From assembly GCA_030390025.1 (NCBI GenBank), contig CM059432.1:102302001-102366000 (forward strand): a stretch of DNA of 64,000 nucleotides. Direction: 5' to 3'. Below are positions 24,601-36,871 of this stretch, piece after piece. The position numbers and the translations under genes were made by a program. This stretch comes from Squalus acanthias (lineage: Eukaryota). The notes beneath the pieces are model-generated. The model saw only the letters and a list, made by a program, of their open reading frames with translations. It did not search any database and was not told where the DNA came from. The stretch's first letter is position 1. Each line of letters begins with the position of its first letter.

Positions 24601-26281
24601 TCGATAGAATGTGAATGGTCCTCTTTACATATAAACAGATAGTATATATTTGCTATGTTAGAATTCCTCAGAATACCTCATTTAAAGTTGTATACTAATT
24701 AGTGAATGCAGCATTAAATGTTTGAACTTTAATGTTTGTATTATTATCATAATACATTTTTGAGACTCTACTCTTTTATTTTTGATATCACTGTTGCTTG
24801 TTATTTGTGACTAGCTTTTACACAGTGGTGAAAAAATGTTGATAAGGTGGTAATTTAAAGTCCAGTAGATTTCGATGTTATGATCAAAAATGTGGCATAA
24901 AAAAGGATTATTGGGCATTCTGTAAATCTTGTATAGTTATGTACATTTCCATTCACTTTTATAATTATTACACATTGACAAGAAACTGCTTATGCAGATT
25001 ATTGTATGGGAAAGATCCCCAGTTTGCATGTTAGATGTTGAACACCTAAAGGGTAGATTTTCAACTTAGCACCCAGAGATAAACCTGGCGTTGTGAATCG
25101 GATCCTCATTATAGAAACGCCTTATTTTCATTTCCCTTGATGGAAATGAAAATCTTCTGGAGCCACCAAATGATTTCCAACAGCTAAAGCAAGTAATGGA
25201 AAGGTTGCACTTTGTGTTATCCTGGGCACATTATTAAAAATGTACTTGGGTGTCAAGGTTAGTGAACACACTCTCGAAGGTATAGGGAGCTTGGACTCAC
25301 CTCTGACAGTAATCTAATATTACAGAAGCCAAGGAACAGTAAAAAAAAGTCAAAGACATAACACTCACTCTAACGTCAAGTATTCAGAGTTCATGGATCT
25401 TTTTATCTCAAAGATTGAAACTATCCACTTGGCTGCTTCAGCCCTCCTCCCCTATTCAACACACCCTCAGCCTTCCTCTGAACTCAGCTACTCCATAGTT
25501 TCTCTCAAACTTACCTCCAGCTTCATCTCCTATGTGAAATGCCTGTTCTGTGTCCTCAACTCCATCCCAACCCAACCTCTAACCACATAACTACATTTCC
25601 TTGGCCCAGTCGTACCTGACATTGCCAACAGTTATTCCCAAAGGTACTGTTCCCCTAGCCTTCAAGATCTATCATTACCTCCTCTCCTCAAAAAGACCAC
25701 CCTCAGCCTCTCCATCTTTTCCAACTGCTACGCCACTCTAACCTCCCTTTCATCAATAACATTCTCAAATGAGTCATTGCCAACCAGCCCCATGCTTACC
25801 TCTCCTGTCACTCCCTATTTGAATTCCTTCAGCATGTTTTTGGCTCTGCCCACAACACCAAGACCACACTGTTCAAAGACACCAATCCTATGTACCGGGT
25901 GTTTTTGTGACTGGAAGGCTGTTTCCAGTGGGGTTCCACAGGGCTCAGTACTAGGTCCCTTGCTTTTTGTGGTATATATCAATGATTTAGATTCAATGTA
26001 GGGAGCATGATTAAGAAGTTTGCAGATGATACAAAAATTGACCATGTGGTTGATAGTTAGGAAGATATCTGTAGACTGCAGGAAGATATCAATAGACTGG
26101 TCAGGTGGGTAGAAAAGTGGCAAATGGAATTCAATCCGGAGAAGTGTGAGGTAAAGCATTTGGGGAGGGCTAACAAGGCGAGGGAATACACAATAAATGG
26201 TGGGATACTGAGAAATGTAAAGGAACAGAGGGTCCTTGGCGTGCATGTCCACAGATCCATGAAGGTAGCAGAACAGATAGA

Positions 26282-26553
26282 GATTTCACACTTCATTCAG
26301 CCTTAATCTGTCACATTAACACCACCTCTAGCCTTGCATATCTCTTAATGTCTCTTAATGTCTCTTCATCTCCTCCTTTGTTCCTTTATCCCCTCCCCCT
26401 TTTCCCAGCTTTACCCTGGCCTTAAATCTATTTGATTTCCAGCTCTTCCCAGTTCTGATGAAAGGTCATCGACCTGAAACGTCAACTCTCTTTCTCTCTC
26501 CACGGATGCTGCCTGGCCTGCTGAGTTTTTCCAGCGTTTTCTGTTGTTATTTT
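26282..26553 (+). mobile_element. Short Penelope-derived insertion with hammerhead, inside CR1
   Basis: TSD AGATAGA; contains an HHR and a GATGCTGCCTGGCCTGCTGAG tail shared with 31252-31363 and 44112-44240. Confidence 0.8.
26451..26487 (+). ncRNA. Minimal type I hammerhead ribozyme motif
   Basis: AGTT-CTGATGA-A-AGGTC/ATC/GACCT-GAAA-CG-TC-AACT; GUC cleavage triplet, palindromic ACGT stem III. Confidence 0.85.
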
Positions 26554-28168
26554 AGATAGATAAAGTGGTTAAGAAGGCATACGGGATACTTTCCTTTATT
26601 AGCTGAGGCATTAAATATAAGAGCAGAGAGTTTATGCTAGATCTGTATAAAACACTAGTTAGGCCACAGCTAGAGTACTGCGTATAGTTCTGGTCACCAC
26701 ATTACAGGAAAGAAGTGATCGCATTAGAGAGGGTACAGAGGAGATTTTTGAGGATGTTGCCAGGACCGGAGAACTTTAACTATGTGGAAAGATTGTATAG
26801 GCTGGGGTTGTTTTCTTTGGAACAGAGGAGAGACTTAATTGAGGTGTATAAAATTATGAGAGGCCTAGATAGAGTGTATAAAAAGGATATATTTCCCTTA
26901 GCAGAGAGGTCAATAACCAGGGGGCATAGATTTAAAGTAATTGGTAGAAGGATTAGAGGGGAGTTGAGAAGAAGTTTTTTCACCCAGAGGGTGGTGGGGG
27001 TCTGGAACTCACTGCCTGAAAGGGTTGTAGAGGCAGAAACCCTCATCACATTTAAAAAGTACTTGGATATGCACTTGAAGTGCCGTAACCTACATGGCTA
27101 CAGACCAAGAGCTGGAAAGTGGGATTAGGCTGGATAGCTGCTTTTTGACCGGTGCAAACACGATGGGCCGAATGGCCCTCTTCTGTGTCATAAATTTCTA
27201 TGATTCTATGTGATGGTGACCATGGTATGCTATCGCTCATTTCTCTCCTCAATTTCTCCACGGCTTTCAACATGGTCGACCACTGCATCGTCCTCTACTG
27301 TCTCTCTCTGTGGGCCACCTCTGTGGCACGGCCCTTGGTTCCACTCCTAACCATCCTAAAATAGCTATCACATTTCCTACAATGGCTTCTCCTCCCATCC
27401 CCACACAGTCATCTTAGGAATGCACAAGATTCCATCAAGCCCCTTCCTATTCTTCCTCTGCATGCTTTAGTGACACCTTGGATTAGCATTCATATATATT
27501 TACTGACCACACCCTGCACCAACTACTTTGACTTCACAATTATCACTGTGCTGTCTGCTTGTACAACAGAGTCATGGATGAACCAAACTTTCTCCACTTT
27601 AATTCTGAGAAGATTGAAGCTATGCTATTCAGCTCCTGAAAATGTCTGTACCATTACCTCAATCCATCCCACTCTCCAGCTGCTCATTCAGGCTCCAACC
27701 AATGCTGTGCAACCTCAGTGCCCTATATGCTAATACATGCCCTCCACTTTTCTGACTCTGGCCTTCTGTGCACTCGCTCCTTCCATTTTTTGGCAAACCT
27801 CTCAGCCATCTGTTCCCTATACTTTGGAATGCGCTCTCAAAACTCATACATCTTGCCATCTCTCTTGCTCTCTTGAAAGCCTCTTCAAAGCATATCCCTT
27901 TGAGCATGCCATTGGTCACCTTCCCAATTCTTCTACTACTGCCCAGCATCCATTTCTACCTCTGTGAACCATCTTGTGATGTTAAGGTGCTATGCAAATT
28001 CAAGTTGTTGTTTCCAAATTTGTGTACTGCACCTTAAGATAGCAAAACTGAGCATTACCAACATTTCTGATGCAAGCAAGTGCACAACAAGAGAGTATTG
28101 TTGATTCCTGTCCCCACCCCAAGAATGTCACTGGATGCTCAGACAACTTAATACCATATAGAGATAAT

Positions 28169-28851
28169 GGCCCTGATATTTACGGGAAGAGGAGGCGGGA
28201 GCAGCGGGTTGGGGGTAGGGGGGGTCGTAGCAGACGGGAAACTCGGAAATGCGCGTAACCCGAAGGTCCTGCCGTAATTAACGGCAGGACATCATTTACA
28301 TTTTTTTCTCTCCATTTCCCGGCCAGCAGCCAGCCAGATTGAAAGGTGGCCTGGCTGCCATGCGGGAAAGCCTGTGGCACCAGTGATCGGAAAGGCCGAG
28401 GTGGGGGGAGGTGATCGGATTGTGCGGGAGTTCGGCTGATCGTGGGGTGGAGGGGGGTCCGATTGCTGGGGAGGGTAGCAGGTTAGCTTGGTGGGCTGGG
28501 GGAAGCACTCCTGCTCCTCCAGTCCTACAAGCAGTGCTAGAAAGACACTCACCTGTTGGCTTCGGCCGTTCTTGCCTCCCTCGAGCTGCTAGGTTTCCCG
28601 AGCCCTGGGAAAGCTGGCCTGCATCACTTAAATTTAAAACTGTGGTAAAATTTGAGACACACAGCTTCACTATCATATTTAAATTATGGACCCTCCTCTG
28701 GAGAGTAGGTTAGTCCCTTACCTCCCAACCGGCCTCTGTTAAAACTGGAAGTGAGCGTGTTGGAGGTGGGTTGGAGTTGGGTTTCAAAGTTTTGAAATTT
28801 TAATGCACCTCGCCCTCTCTCACCTGCCCTGGGGGTTTAAAATTACCCCCC
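28169..28851. mobile_element. Harbinger-type MITE, family D
   Basis: GGCCCTGATATTTA / AAAATTACCCCCC, TSD AAT; internal GGAAGCACTCCTGCTCCTCC shared (inverted) with ~39330. Confidence 0.65.
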
Positions 28852-29449
28852 AATGAGTCACAAGCCTGAGTTACAAAGTAATATTTATACTGGGAAATGA
28901 AGAGGATGTAAAGAAATATGGAACATGTGCCTGCTGCACAGAAACAACTGCTTCTTAATAATACTATGCACACTGCAGTGTTTTGAAAGGGGCTGACCCT
29001 TCCCATAAAACAGAAAAATAAAACTAATGTTGACTTCAATTTTTTGGTAATAAACGCAACAATATTCCTATTGAGTTACAGACATCAGCGATAAAATGCA
29101 ATTTCCCAACCCATGCTCCGCTATTGAGAGCTAGGTGACGAGATTTGGAACTATACTAATTTCATATTTTTCATACTGTTGTAATTTGGGCAGTTTGAAC
29201 CCAATTTCACATATGCTGCCTCAACCCATCCATTGTTTTCAGGCTGTGGTGATCATTAATCATAGATCAGCTACCCATGGGACAAAGAAAAAAGAATAAA
29301 CGCACATGGTGCCATAGTTATAAAAGTATTACGGCATTATCCATTTCAGGTTATGTTATACGTTTCCATCTTGTTGTAATAATGTACATATACATTTCTC
29401 GATGACTTTATTTCACTAAGACAGGTTTTTCAGTTGTTTGAAGTTTAAG

Positions 29450-30950
29450 GAAGGGAATAACCAGTATCAGAGAGTAAATTTGAAAAGGTTTAATCATTCT
29501 CAGTAGCTGGTTTGAAAGCTTATCTAATCAAAAATGCACACACGGTGCCAGAGTTCTTTGAACTTTTACTTCATTCCCTGGGAGGGGGGCGAGGGCGGAA
29601 GAAAGGAAACTGAAAAAAGTATAAAAGGAAATACCAAAACAAATAAGGGCTTTGATGTAATGTTTTGTCATCATTCTAGTATGAATGTAAAAGCTAGTTC
29701 ATCTCATGTGCTGATACCACTTCTAATTCCCGGTCAGTGCAGCAACCACACTCAGAGTGAGTAACTCATTCAAGTGAGTCATGGCTTATTACAGTGACAT
29801 GGTTCTTGCAAATATTCACAGTGAGATTTTGAGGCAATTATGTATATTTGAACAGCATTGCACTCTAATAGGGTCAGAGTTGTTCTTTGGTTAGAGACTT
29901 ATTTTGGGCATGGGGGTTAAGTGGGAAATCTCCTTGCTATTATTGCTAAAGTGTTAGCTGTGGCCCAGTGGTAGAATGCTTGCCTCTGAGCCTGTGAAAG
30001 CTGTGGGTTCTAAATCCCACTCCAAAGACTTAGAGCACAAAATCTAAGCTGACACTCCAGTGTAGCACTGAGGGAGTGCTTTACTGTCAGAAGGTGCTGT
30101 CTTTTGAATGAGACACTTTTTATCCCCGGTGTCATGGCCAATATTTATCCCTCAACCAACATCACTAAAACAGATTATCTGGTCATTATCTCATTGCTGT
30201 TTGTGGGACCTTGCTGTGTGCAAATTGGCTGCTGTGTTTCCTACATTACAACAGTGACTAAACTTCAAAAGTACTTCCTTAGCTGTAAAGCGCTTTGGGA
30301 TGTCCTGAGGTCATGAAAGGTGCTATATAAATACAAGTCTTTCTTTCTTTTATCAGATGTGCATGGGATTAGAGCATCACGTAGTTTGCAGCAATGTTTG
30401 GGTAGCCAATAGGCTATCAAAACCTCAGCACGCATGCCTTTTGCCTTAAACCCACTTCAGGTGTGAGAATGTGAAAAGATTGAGTGGAGTTGACCCTCAG
30501 GATTGGGGCAGTTTGAACATAACCCTCATTGAGCATAATAATTTGGTACGATATAATCTTGAGTTTCAATAAAGTTACACATTTCCTCAAATTAAAACTC
30601 TTTTGGCTCTAGTAATTAAAAATTGAGGTTGATTTTCATTTGAATGGGTTACTTAACTCTGAAATGAACTAACAAGGAATTATAAGCAATATCAGCATAT
30701 TAGGTGAACTAGCTTTTGCATTTACATTAGAATGATGACAGAACATTCCATTAAAGTGCTTGTTTATATTACCATTTCCTTCTATCTTAAATTTTCCTGG
30801 GTTTTTTTCTCTTCCCCTACAGGGAAATAAGTAAAAGTTCAAACAATTCTGCCACCTCCAGTGCATTTCTGATTTGATAAGCTTCCAAAACAGCTATTGA
30901 GAATGATGAAGTAACCTATTCCACTTTAGTCTCTGATACTGTCATTCCCT
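29450..30950. repeat. Old long inverted repeat (~320-bp arms 29450-29780 and 30635-30950)
   Basis: For example TCATTCTAGTATGAATGTAAAAGCTAGTTCA vs TGAACTAGCTTTTGCATTTACATTAGAATGA; ORFs 29534+ and 30669- translate to similar peptides. Confidence 0.85.
29955..30350 (+). mobile_element. tRNA-derived Deu-type (SacSINE1-like) SINE with L2-type tail
   Basis: TGGCCCAGTGGTAG head, GCTGACACTCCAGTG..CTGAGGGAGTGCT body, AAAGGTGCTATATAAATACAAGTCTTTC tail. Confidence 0.65.
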
Positions 30951-31251
30951 TTTGAAAATTGGACCTTGGAAAATGCAATCTCAATTCCCACAGGCTCTAT
31001 ATAAATGTGCATACTCTGTGGATTCAGAATAGGAATAAATAAAATCACTGGCAAATTATTGTATGTTCTTATTTCCTGTAACCTGGTAACACATTGACAA
31101 GACTTACAATCTGACCCAGGATGACACAGAAAACTATCAACATTTGCCAGCTTCTCTGCAGTGTAACTATGTGATGTAGTCTGTTTATACTGAGTGTGCA
31201 ATGCACATCTTTTTCTTTCAAAAGTAGGAGTCCAACCAACACTGAAAGTAC

Positions 31252-31363
31252 AATAGCAAAATACTGCGGATGCTGGAAATCCGAAATTACAACAGAAAAC
31301 ACTGAAAAACTCAGCAGGCCAGGCAGCATCCGTGGAGAGAGAAACAGAGTTAACATTTCAGGT
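31252..31363 (-). mobile_element. Penelope-derived terminal fragment
   Basis: 10-bp TSD CTGAAAGTAC; reverse complement matches 26472-26553 and extends beyond it; truncated inside HHR stem II. Confidence 0.8.
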
Positions 31364-33113
31364 CTGAAAGTACTGAAACACTGAAAGTAGCTTTGCTCAA
31401 TTTCTTCATTTTGTTGCAATATAACAACAATTTTCTTCATAAAATGAAATAAACACAGGATATTAATACAACTCATCAGTCTTGGATCATACATGGAATG
31501 TGTGATCCTCACGCTCATAACCAAATCCATTTTGAGCTATGCAACTGGATGCACACGTGAAAAAGCTCACATTTCCAGAGGGACCAATGTGCCTCTGCTG
31601 TTTATCCCTCCTCTAAGCAAAATCTTCTAACTCCTTTGCAACTTCATTAATTGTGGACTGTGTGATCGTCTTGACTAATATTAATATGCAAAGGGGACAC
31701 CAAACTTTAATCATAGCACTCATTGGACAGAACTTAAAGAGTGAACTGCAGCAGGCAGAAATAGTTTGAGCGATTTTTACTAAGGAAGTATGCTGCTGCA
31801 TAATTTTAGAGGTAAACATAATCTACAATGTTACAGGTTTCCCATTACTTATAGATTAAGGATCCATTAAGAAGGTAGAGTTGGTTTGCTATGGAGTGAG
31901 GGTGAAACCAAATTTGGTGTCATTAGTTCATAGTGAATTATGTGCAGGCTTGGACTAAGAAGTTTCAATCTCTGAGAATATGTAGTCAAAGTGAATACAG
32001 AGGCTTCAAGAAGCGTCTGGTGACATGTTCATTCAAGCTCAGCAGTGTTAGAGCTGTCAGGAAGATAGAAGTAACTTATTTCACATTTTCTGAAAATGCT
32101 ACTCAATGGTCCCCTTCTGGAAGGAAGTATGAGAGGAGTTGGGCACATTGACCAAGAAGAGAATTCCATCTTCATCCTCAAGATATACACAAGGCCTGCT
32201 TTCACCCTCACAAGGAATTCCAGATGCAGATGAGCTCTCTTCAGTTTTGCCAGCTGCAAAGTGTTTATTTAGGACTACATGGATATCTCGTACTGTTTTC
32301 CCTTGCTAATCTCTTTTAATCTCTGCAGCATTCTATGAACGGTTTAATGGATATTATCCATCCAGATTGAAGGGCAACATGGAGAAATTTAGCACAACAT
32401 GGAAGGTTACGCTAAATCCAGCATTGTGTCAACATAACCAAAGGTCAAATACACTGGAGTGAACAGCAACCCTTATTGCCAGTTACAAGAAGTGGGATTG
32501 ATAAAACTAGAATTTTGTTTGCTTTCCAAAATGAGTGATCCCAACTTCTGTAAGCTTCGTTTTGTTCTCCGTCTAATGTTGCTTTTCAGTGCCAGCAGAA
32601 CAATGGTGGCATTGCTCAAGTGAATTTTAGAGGATCATTGTTTTAGGAACATAGAAACAGGAGTAGCCATTTAACCACTGGAACCTGTTCCATAATTCAA
32701 TGAGATCATGGCCAATCTGTATCTGTATTAATAACAATAGATGTGCTATCAACAAAGTGTAAAGGGGAAAGTGTTACAGGGCGCATGTGTGACATTTACA
32801 GGGAATGGGGTCTATATGCAAGAATTTTAATATATTATAGATGGTTACGTCTTGCGTATATTCAAAATCAAAAACATTGAGTTTTTAAAAAAAAAACTGT
32901 TAGGGTGTCTGTCATTCAAATTAGCATTTCACACATCTCTTCCCCCACACCCCACCCTGCTACTTGCTCCCACACTGTCCCACGTATTTTAATTACTGAC
33001 TTTCGGAGGATTGCGCCACTCAAAAAGAAGCAGGATGATGTCGCTGCCCTAAAGCCTTGAAAAGTGTAGCTGATCTGTCACCTGGGATGGCAGTGGACTT
33101 CCAAATACATATT

Positions 33114-33872
33114 GGGCCAGAAATTCGGTTTTCCGGCTTCCTGCGGGTGCAAGCATCACGCGCGTACTTACCTACCGTGCCTGCCGTTGTGTTTTGGGCC
33201 CATGAGAACTTCGGCTCCTGGGCCTCCTCCAGCTGCCGGCATGCAGTGCTTGCGTGTCCCAGGGGCGCAGTTAGTTCGAAGCGTCCCCTGGGATCACGTG
33301 GGCCATGGAGAGCCAATCCTAGCAGGGCATTTTCATTCATAGATTTGACAGGAAGACCTGTCAAATCTATGAATTGAAATCGGCCCAAAACAATACCTAA
33401 ACTTCAAATAAATTTTTAAAAATATCACATTTTTAAAATAACTAAGTTAAATAAATTAACTACTTTAAACAAAAATTTAAATTTTTGAAAAAATTAAAAT
33501 ACTTTTTAAACGGTGCTAAAAATAAACTTACCTTTCTTTAAAGTATCTAAAAAAATAAACCTGTTGAAAAATTTTTTAAATTGTAATTAGTTAACCACTT
33601 ACCTTGTTAAAAACGGGTCTTGCGCCTCCTTTATAAAAGCGCAGCTTCTTCCATACTTACCTTCCCGGAGAAACCTGAAAAAAACCCGAAGTTCGCTGCA
33701 TGCGCGCAGCCTCTCCCGCGCACGCGGTTCACCTCTGAACCCCTCCCTTCACGAGACCAGAAGTTCCGGTTTCCCGCGCATGCGCAGTGCATGCAGGAAA
33801 CCGGCACTTCAAGTGGCCTTACGGGTGAGTACACAGCGCGTACTCACCCGACAAGCGTCGAATTTCTTGGCC
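33114..33872. mobile_element. Family A-related MITE
   Basis: TIR GGGCCAGAAATTCG / CGAATTTCTTGGCC, TSD ATT; GGATCACGTGGGCCATGGAGAGCCAAT module. Confidence 0.85.
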
Positions 33873-35374
33873 ATTTTGTTTTAATGAGGTAGCAAGCACA
33901 GCATTAGAATAGGATCATATACTTGCTGATTCTCAAAAAGGCAACCCCATCCTTGAAATGGATCATTTTACTAGCATATGCAATACTGGATATGTGCAAA
34001 CCAATAATAAAAAAGCGTTCATGGCCAGAAAAAAAACCGAGGTGGCAAACTGAATGGGCAAGTGTAACAGCAGACCTGTGTATCATTTATATTGGGCAGC
34101 CTCCAAATCGGTTCTGGTATGAAAGCTATCCCACATCGACAGATGGTTTACATCATGCCAGAATTAATTTGGAGCGCGGATTTTGGCGAGTTTATTCTGT
34201 CAGTTGGAGGCTGAACTTTGGCTGATATGGCTCTGCCAAAGTCAGTGAAGCATTAGACTTTTATCTTTAGTTCTTAAAGATTCTTGTTGTGCATTATGAA
34301 CTCTGTTGTAATATACATTCCTCAATAAATTGGCTTTAATATTTATTTCTTTTTTGTAGACCATGGAACATTTAATACATTTTACTATTGAAAATAATGA
34401 GAAATAATAAAAAAAATTATCAATTCTTTTTTACATTTTCCTTCCTGCTTTCTCCAAGCAATTAAAGTGGACGTGTGGACCAGGCTGCCGGCTTGTGCAG
34501 GGAACACTAATTCGCTGAATTCTTTCAAGCGAGAGCTGGACTTGTTTCTGGCTGGGGTGGAGATCACCTGGTAAAAAACGCAGGTGCTATATAACATTAA
34601 TCAGGACCAGAGTGGTCTCCTGGACTAGTTTTGATCCCCTAAAGGGGCCGGAGAGGAATGTTCCAGATTTTTATTCCAATTGGCTTGGGGTTTTATCTGT
34701 TTTTTCACGTCATTGTTTGGTCGTTCTTCTTATGTTTGTATTATTTTACATTTGCAAGGCCATGGGCACAAGCTTGCAGGAATGGAAGCTGCAAAACAAT
34801 GGGGTCAGTAGGACCAGGAGCTGCAAAACTATGGGATCCAAGCCAGCAGTGGGATCAGCATTGCCACAGGGTCTGGCACAGGGGCAGAAGTGGGAGTCGG
34901 GAAGCTAAAGCATCCAAACCGGCAGCAAAAGCAGCAAGGCTGAGGTGGCACACAAACAGGAGCTGTGAGGTTAAAGGGTACAAGCTGGCCATGTGAGCAG
35001 GAGCAACACGGCCACACATCCGAGCTGGCAGTGCAGGTGTGAGCAGCAAGGCCACAGGGTTAAGAGCAGGGACAGTGAGGCCCAAGCTGGCAACACGAAA
35101 AGGACCAGCAAAGTTACAGGATTTCAGCAAGAGAGGTAATATTAAAAGAAAATAATAAAGATAATCGTTAAAATTTACAAACAAGCAATTTACCTGTTCT
35201 AACACAGGAAGCCAATCTGAGCATCTGTATCAGATAGAGAAACCAGAACTGAAGTAGGTGAATAAAAGACATATTTCAGTCTTTCACTAATGTTGAGTAT
35301 CATGAGTGGCCAATGAAAAGAATGGCTAATTTCAAGAGATGGCACTATCAGAATTGATTGTGGCAAGAACATAA

Positions 35375-35920
35375 ATGTCCAATTCTGGGCACTGCACTTT
35401 AGGAAGGATGTGAGGGCCTTAGAGGGGGTGCAGGAAAGATTTACGAGAATGATTCCAGGGATGAGGGACTTCAGTTACGTGGATAGACTAGAGAAGCTGG
35501 GGTTGTTCTCCTTAGAACAGAGAAGGTTGAGAGGAGATTTGATAGAGGTGTTCAAAATCATGAGGGGTCTAGACAGAGTAGATAGAGAGAAACTGTTCCC
35601 ATTGGTAGAAGGGTCGAGAACCAGAGGACACAGATTTAAGGTGATTGGCAAAAGAACCAAAGGCGACATGAGGAAAAACTTTTTTACGCAGCAAGTGGTT
35701 AAGACCGGGAATGCGCTGCCTGAAAGGGTGGTGGAGGCAGATTCAATCGTGGCTTTCAAAAGGGGAATTGGATAAGTACCTGAAGGAAAAAATTTGCAGG
35801 GCTACCGGGGGAAGGACAGGGGAGTGAGACTAGCTGAAGTGCTCTTGCAGAGAGCCGACATGAGCATGATGGGCCGAATGGCCTCCTTTTGTGCTGTAAC
35901 CATTCTATGATTCTATGATT
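35375..35920 (+). mobile_element. CR1 LINE 3' fragment
   Basis: ORF 35410-35775 (LEQRRLRGDLIE...TRGHRFK), ATTCTATG tail. Confidence 0.9.
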
Positions 35921-36711
35921 TTAAATGATCCTTTCATGCATTACACCCACATAGAATTAAAAACTCAATTAGACAGTATGATACAATGAAACTGTAATAT
36001 AAAGTAGTGTGATCTGATTGGTTTTGTTCCCCCTCCTCATAATCACACTATGGTTGCAGATAAAATAAAAACTATTTGCTATTTTTTGACGTGTAACAAA
36101 CAGCCTAATTACAAGTTCACTGATTAGTGTCCCATTCTACCAAAGAGGCTGCAGATATTGCAATTCATAGGAATAATTCTTCATCCTTAGGGCAAAGAAG
36201 CCATCTCCCTCAGGGTTCACTCTTAAAATCATCAAAATCAAATTTCACAACTTTAACAATCCTATCAGGATACTAATGAATAAACAGAGGTGAAAGAAAA
36301 CAGAAGAAACAGCCATCATCAAATGTGCATTAAAATCTGCTATCATTAAATTATATATTATGGGCCATATTTTCCTCTGTTCGTAAAGTTACATGAAAGT
36401 TAATTTGTTAGACTATAATTACAAACCAATTACAGTTTAGTACAAACATTTCTACTCTTACCTTTACATAGAAGAAATATACCCCATAAATACACTGGGT
36501 GCTCCTATTGCACTCGCCCAGCAATAACATTTAAATGCTGGTCGTCTGGAGTTCTGTGCTTCCATCAAAGTACCATTGTTGCTGCACCTTGGTAGTGGGC
36601 AACGAGGGTTTGCCAGTTGTGCATCGCACACAGGCAATAGCAGCCCTAGATTTCTTTAACTGCAGCCTAATTGCAACAGATGTAATTCTTTGACCCACAG
36701 TTAAACACACT

Positions 36712-36871
36712 AGGATAGATTTTGACTTTGTGCGATGGTGTAAAACAGGTCAGAGCAAATCAGGCAGCCTGTTTTACATTGGAAATAAAAATCTGGAAAG
36801 ATGTAAAATGGGCTGTCGATTTGCTATCACCCATTTTACACTGTGTATCACACAAAGTTAAAATCTACCAC
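36712..36871. mobile_element. Small foldback MITE
   Basis: GATAGATTTTGACTTTGTGCGAT...TGTAAAA / TTTTACA...ATCACACAAAGTTAAAATCTACC. Confidence 0.65.

Larger units (their letters stand above)
25897..27210 (+). mobile_element. CR1 LINE 3' part (same subfamily as 5134-8635)
   Basis: GVPQGSVLGP, ORF 26715-27128, ATTCTATG tail; close to 7900-8635. Confidence 0.92.
25380..28010 (+). mobile_element. Old L2 LINE fragment split by a CR1 insertion
   Basis: L2-like pyrimidine-rich RT remnants at 25380-25890 and 27215-28010 (FISKIETI; LWNAL; GTGCTATGCAAATTCAAGTTGTTG tail). Confidence 0.6.

Noticed and set aside
31069..31530. 153-aa hydrophobic ORF
   Set aside because: It reads through a Penelope-derived insert with a TSD; no recognisable family.
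32500..32620. Minus-frame RRRTKR/S furin-like site suggesting a viral envelope relic
   Set aside because: No hydrophobic fusion peptide or extended ORF follows.
33923..34225. 100-aa ORF in unique sequence
   Set aside because: Non-ATG start, no motif, no splice support.
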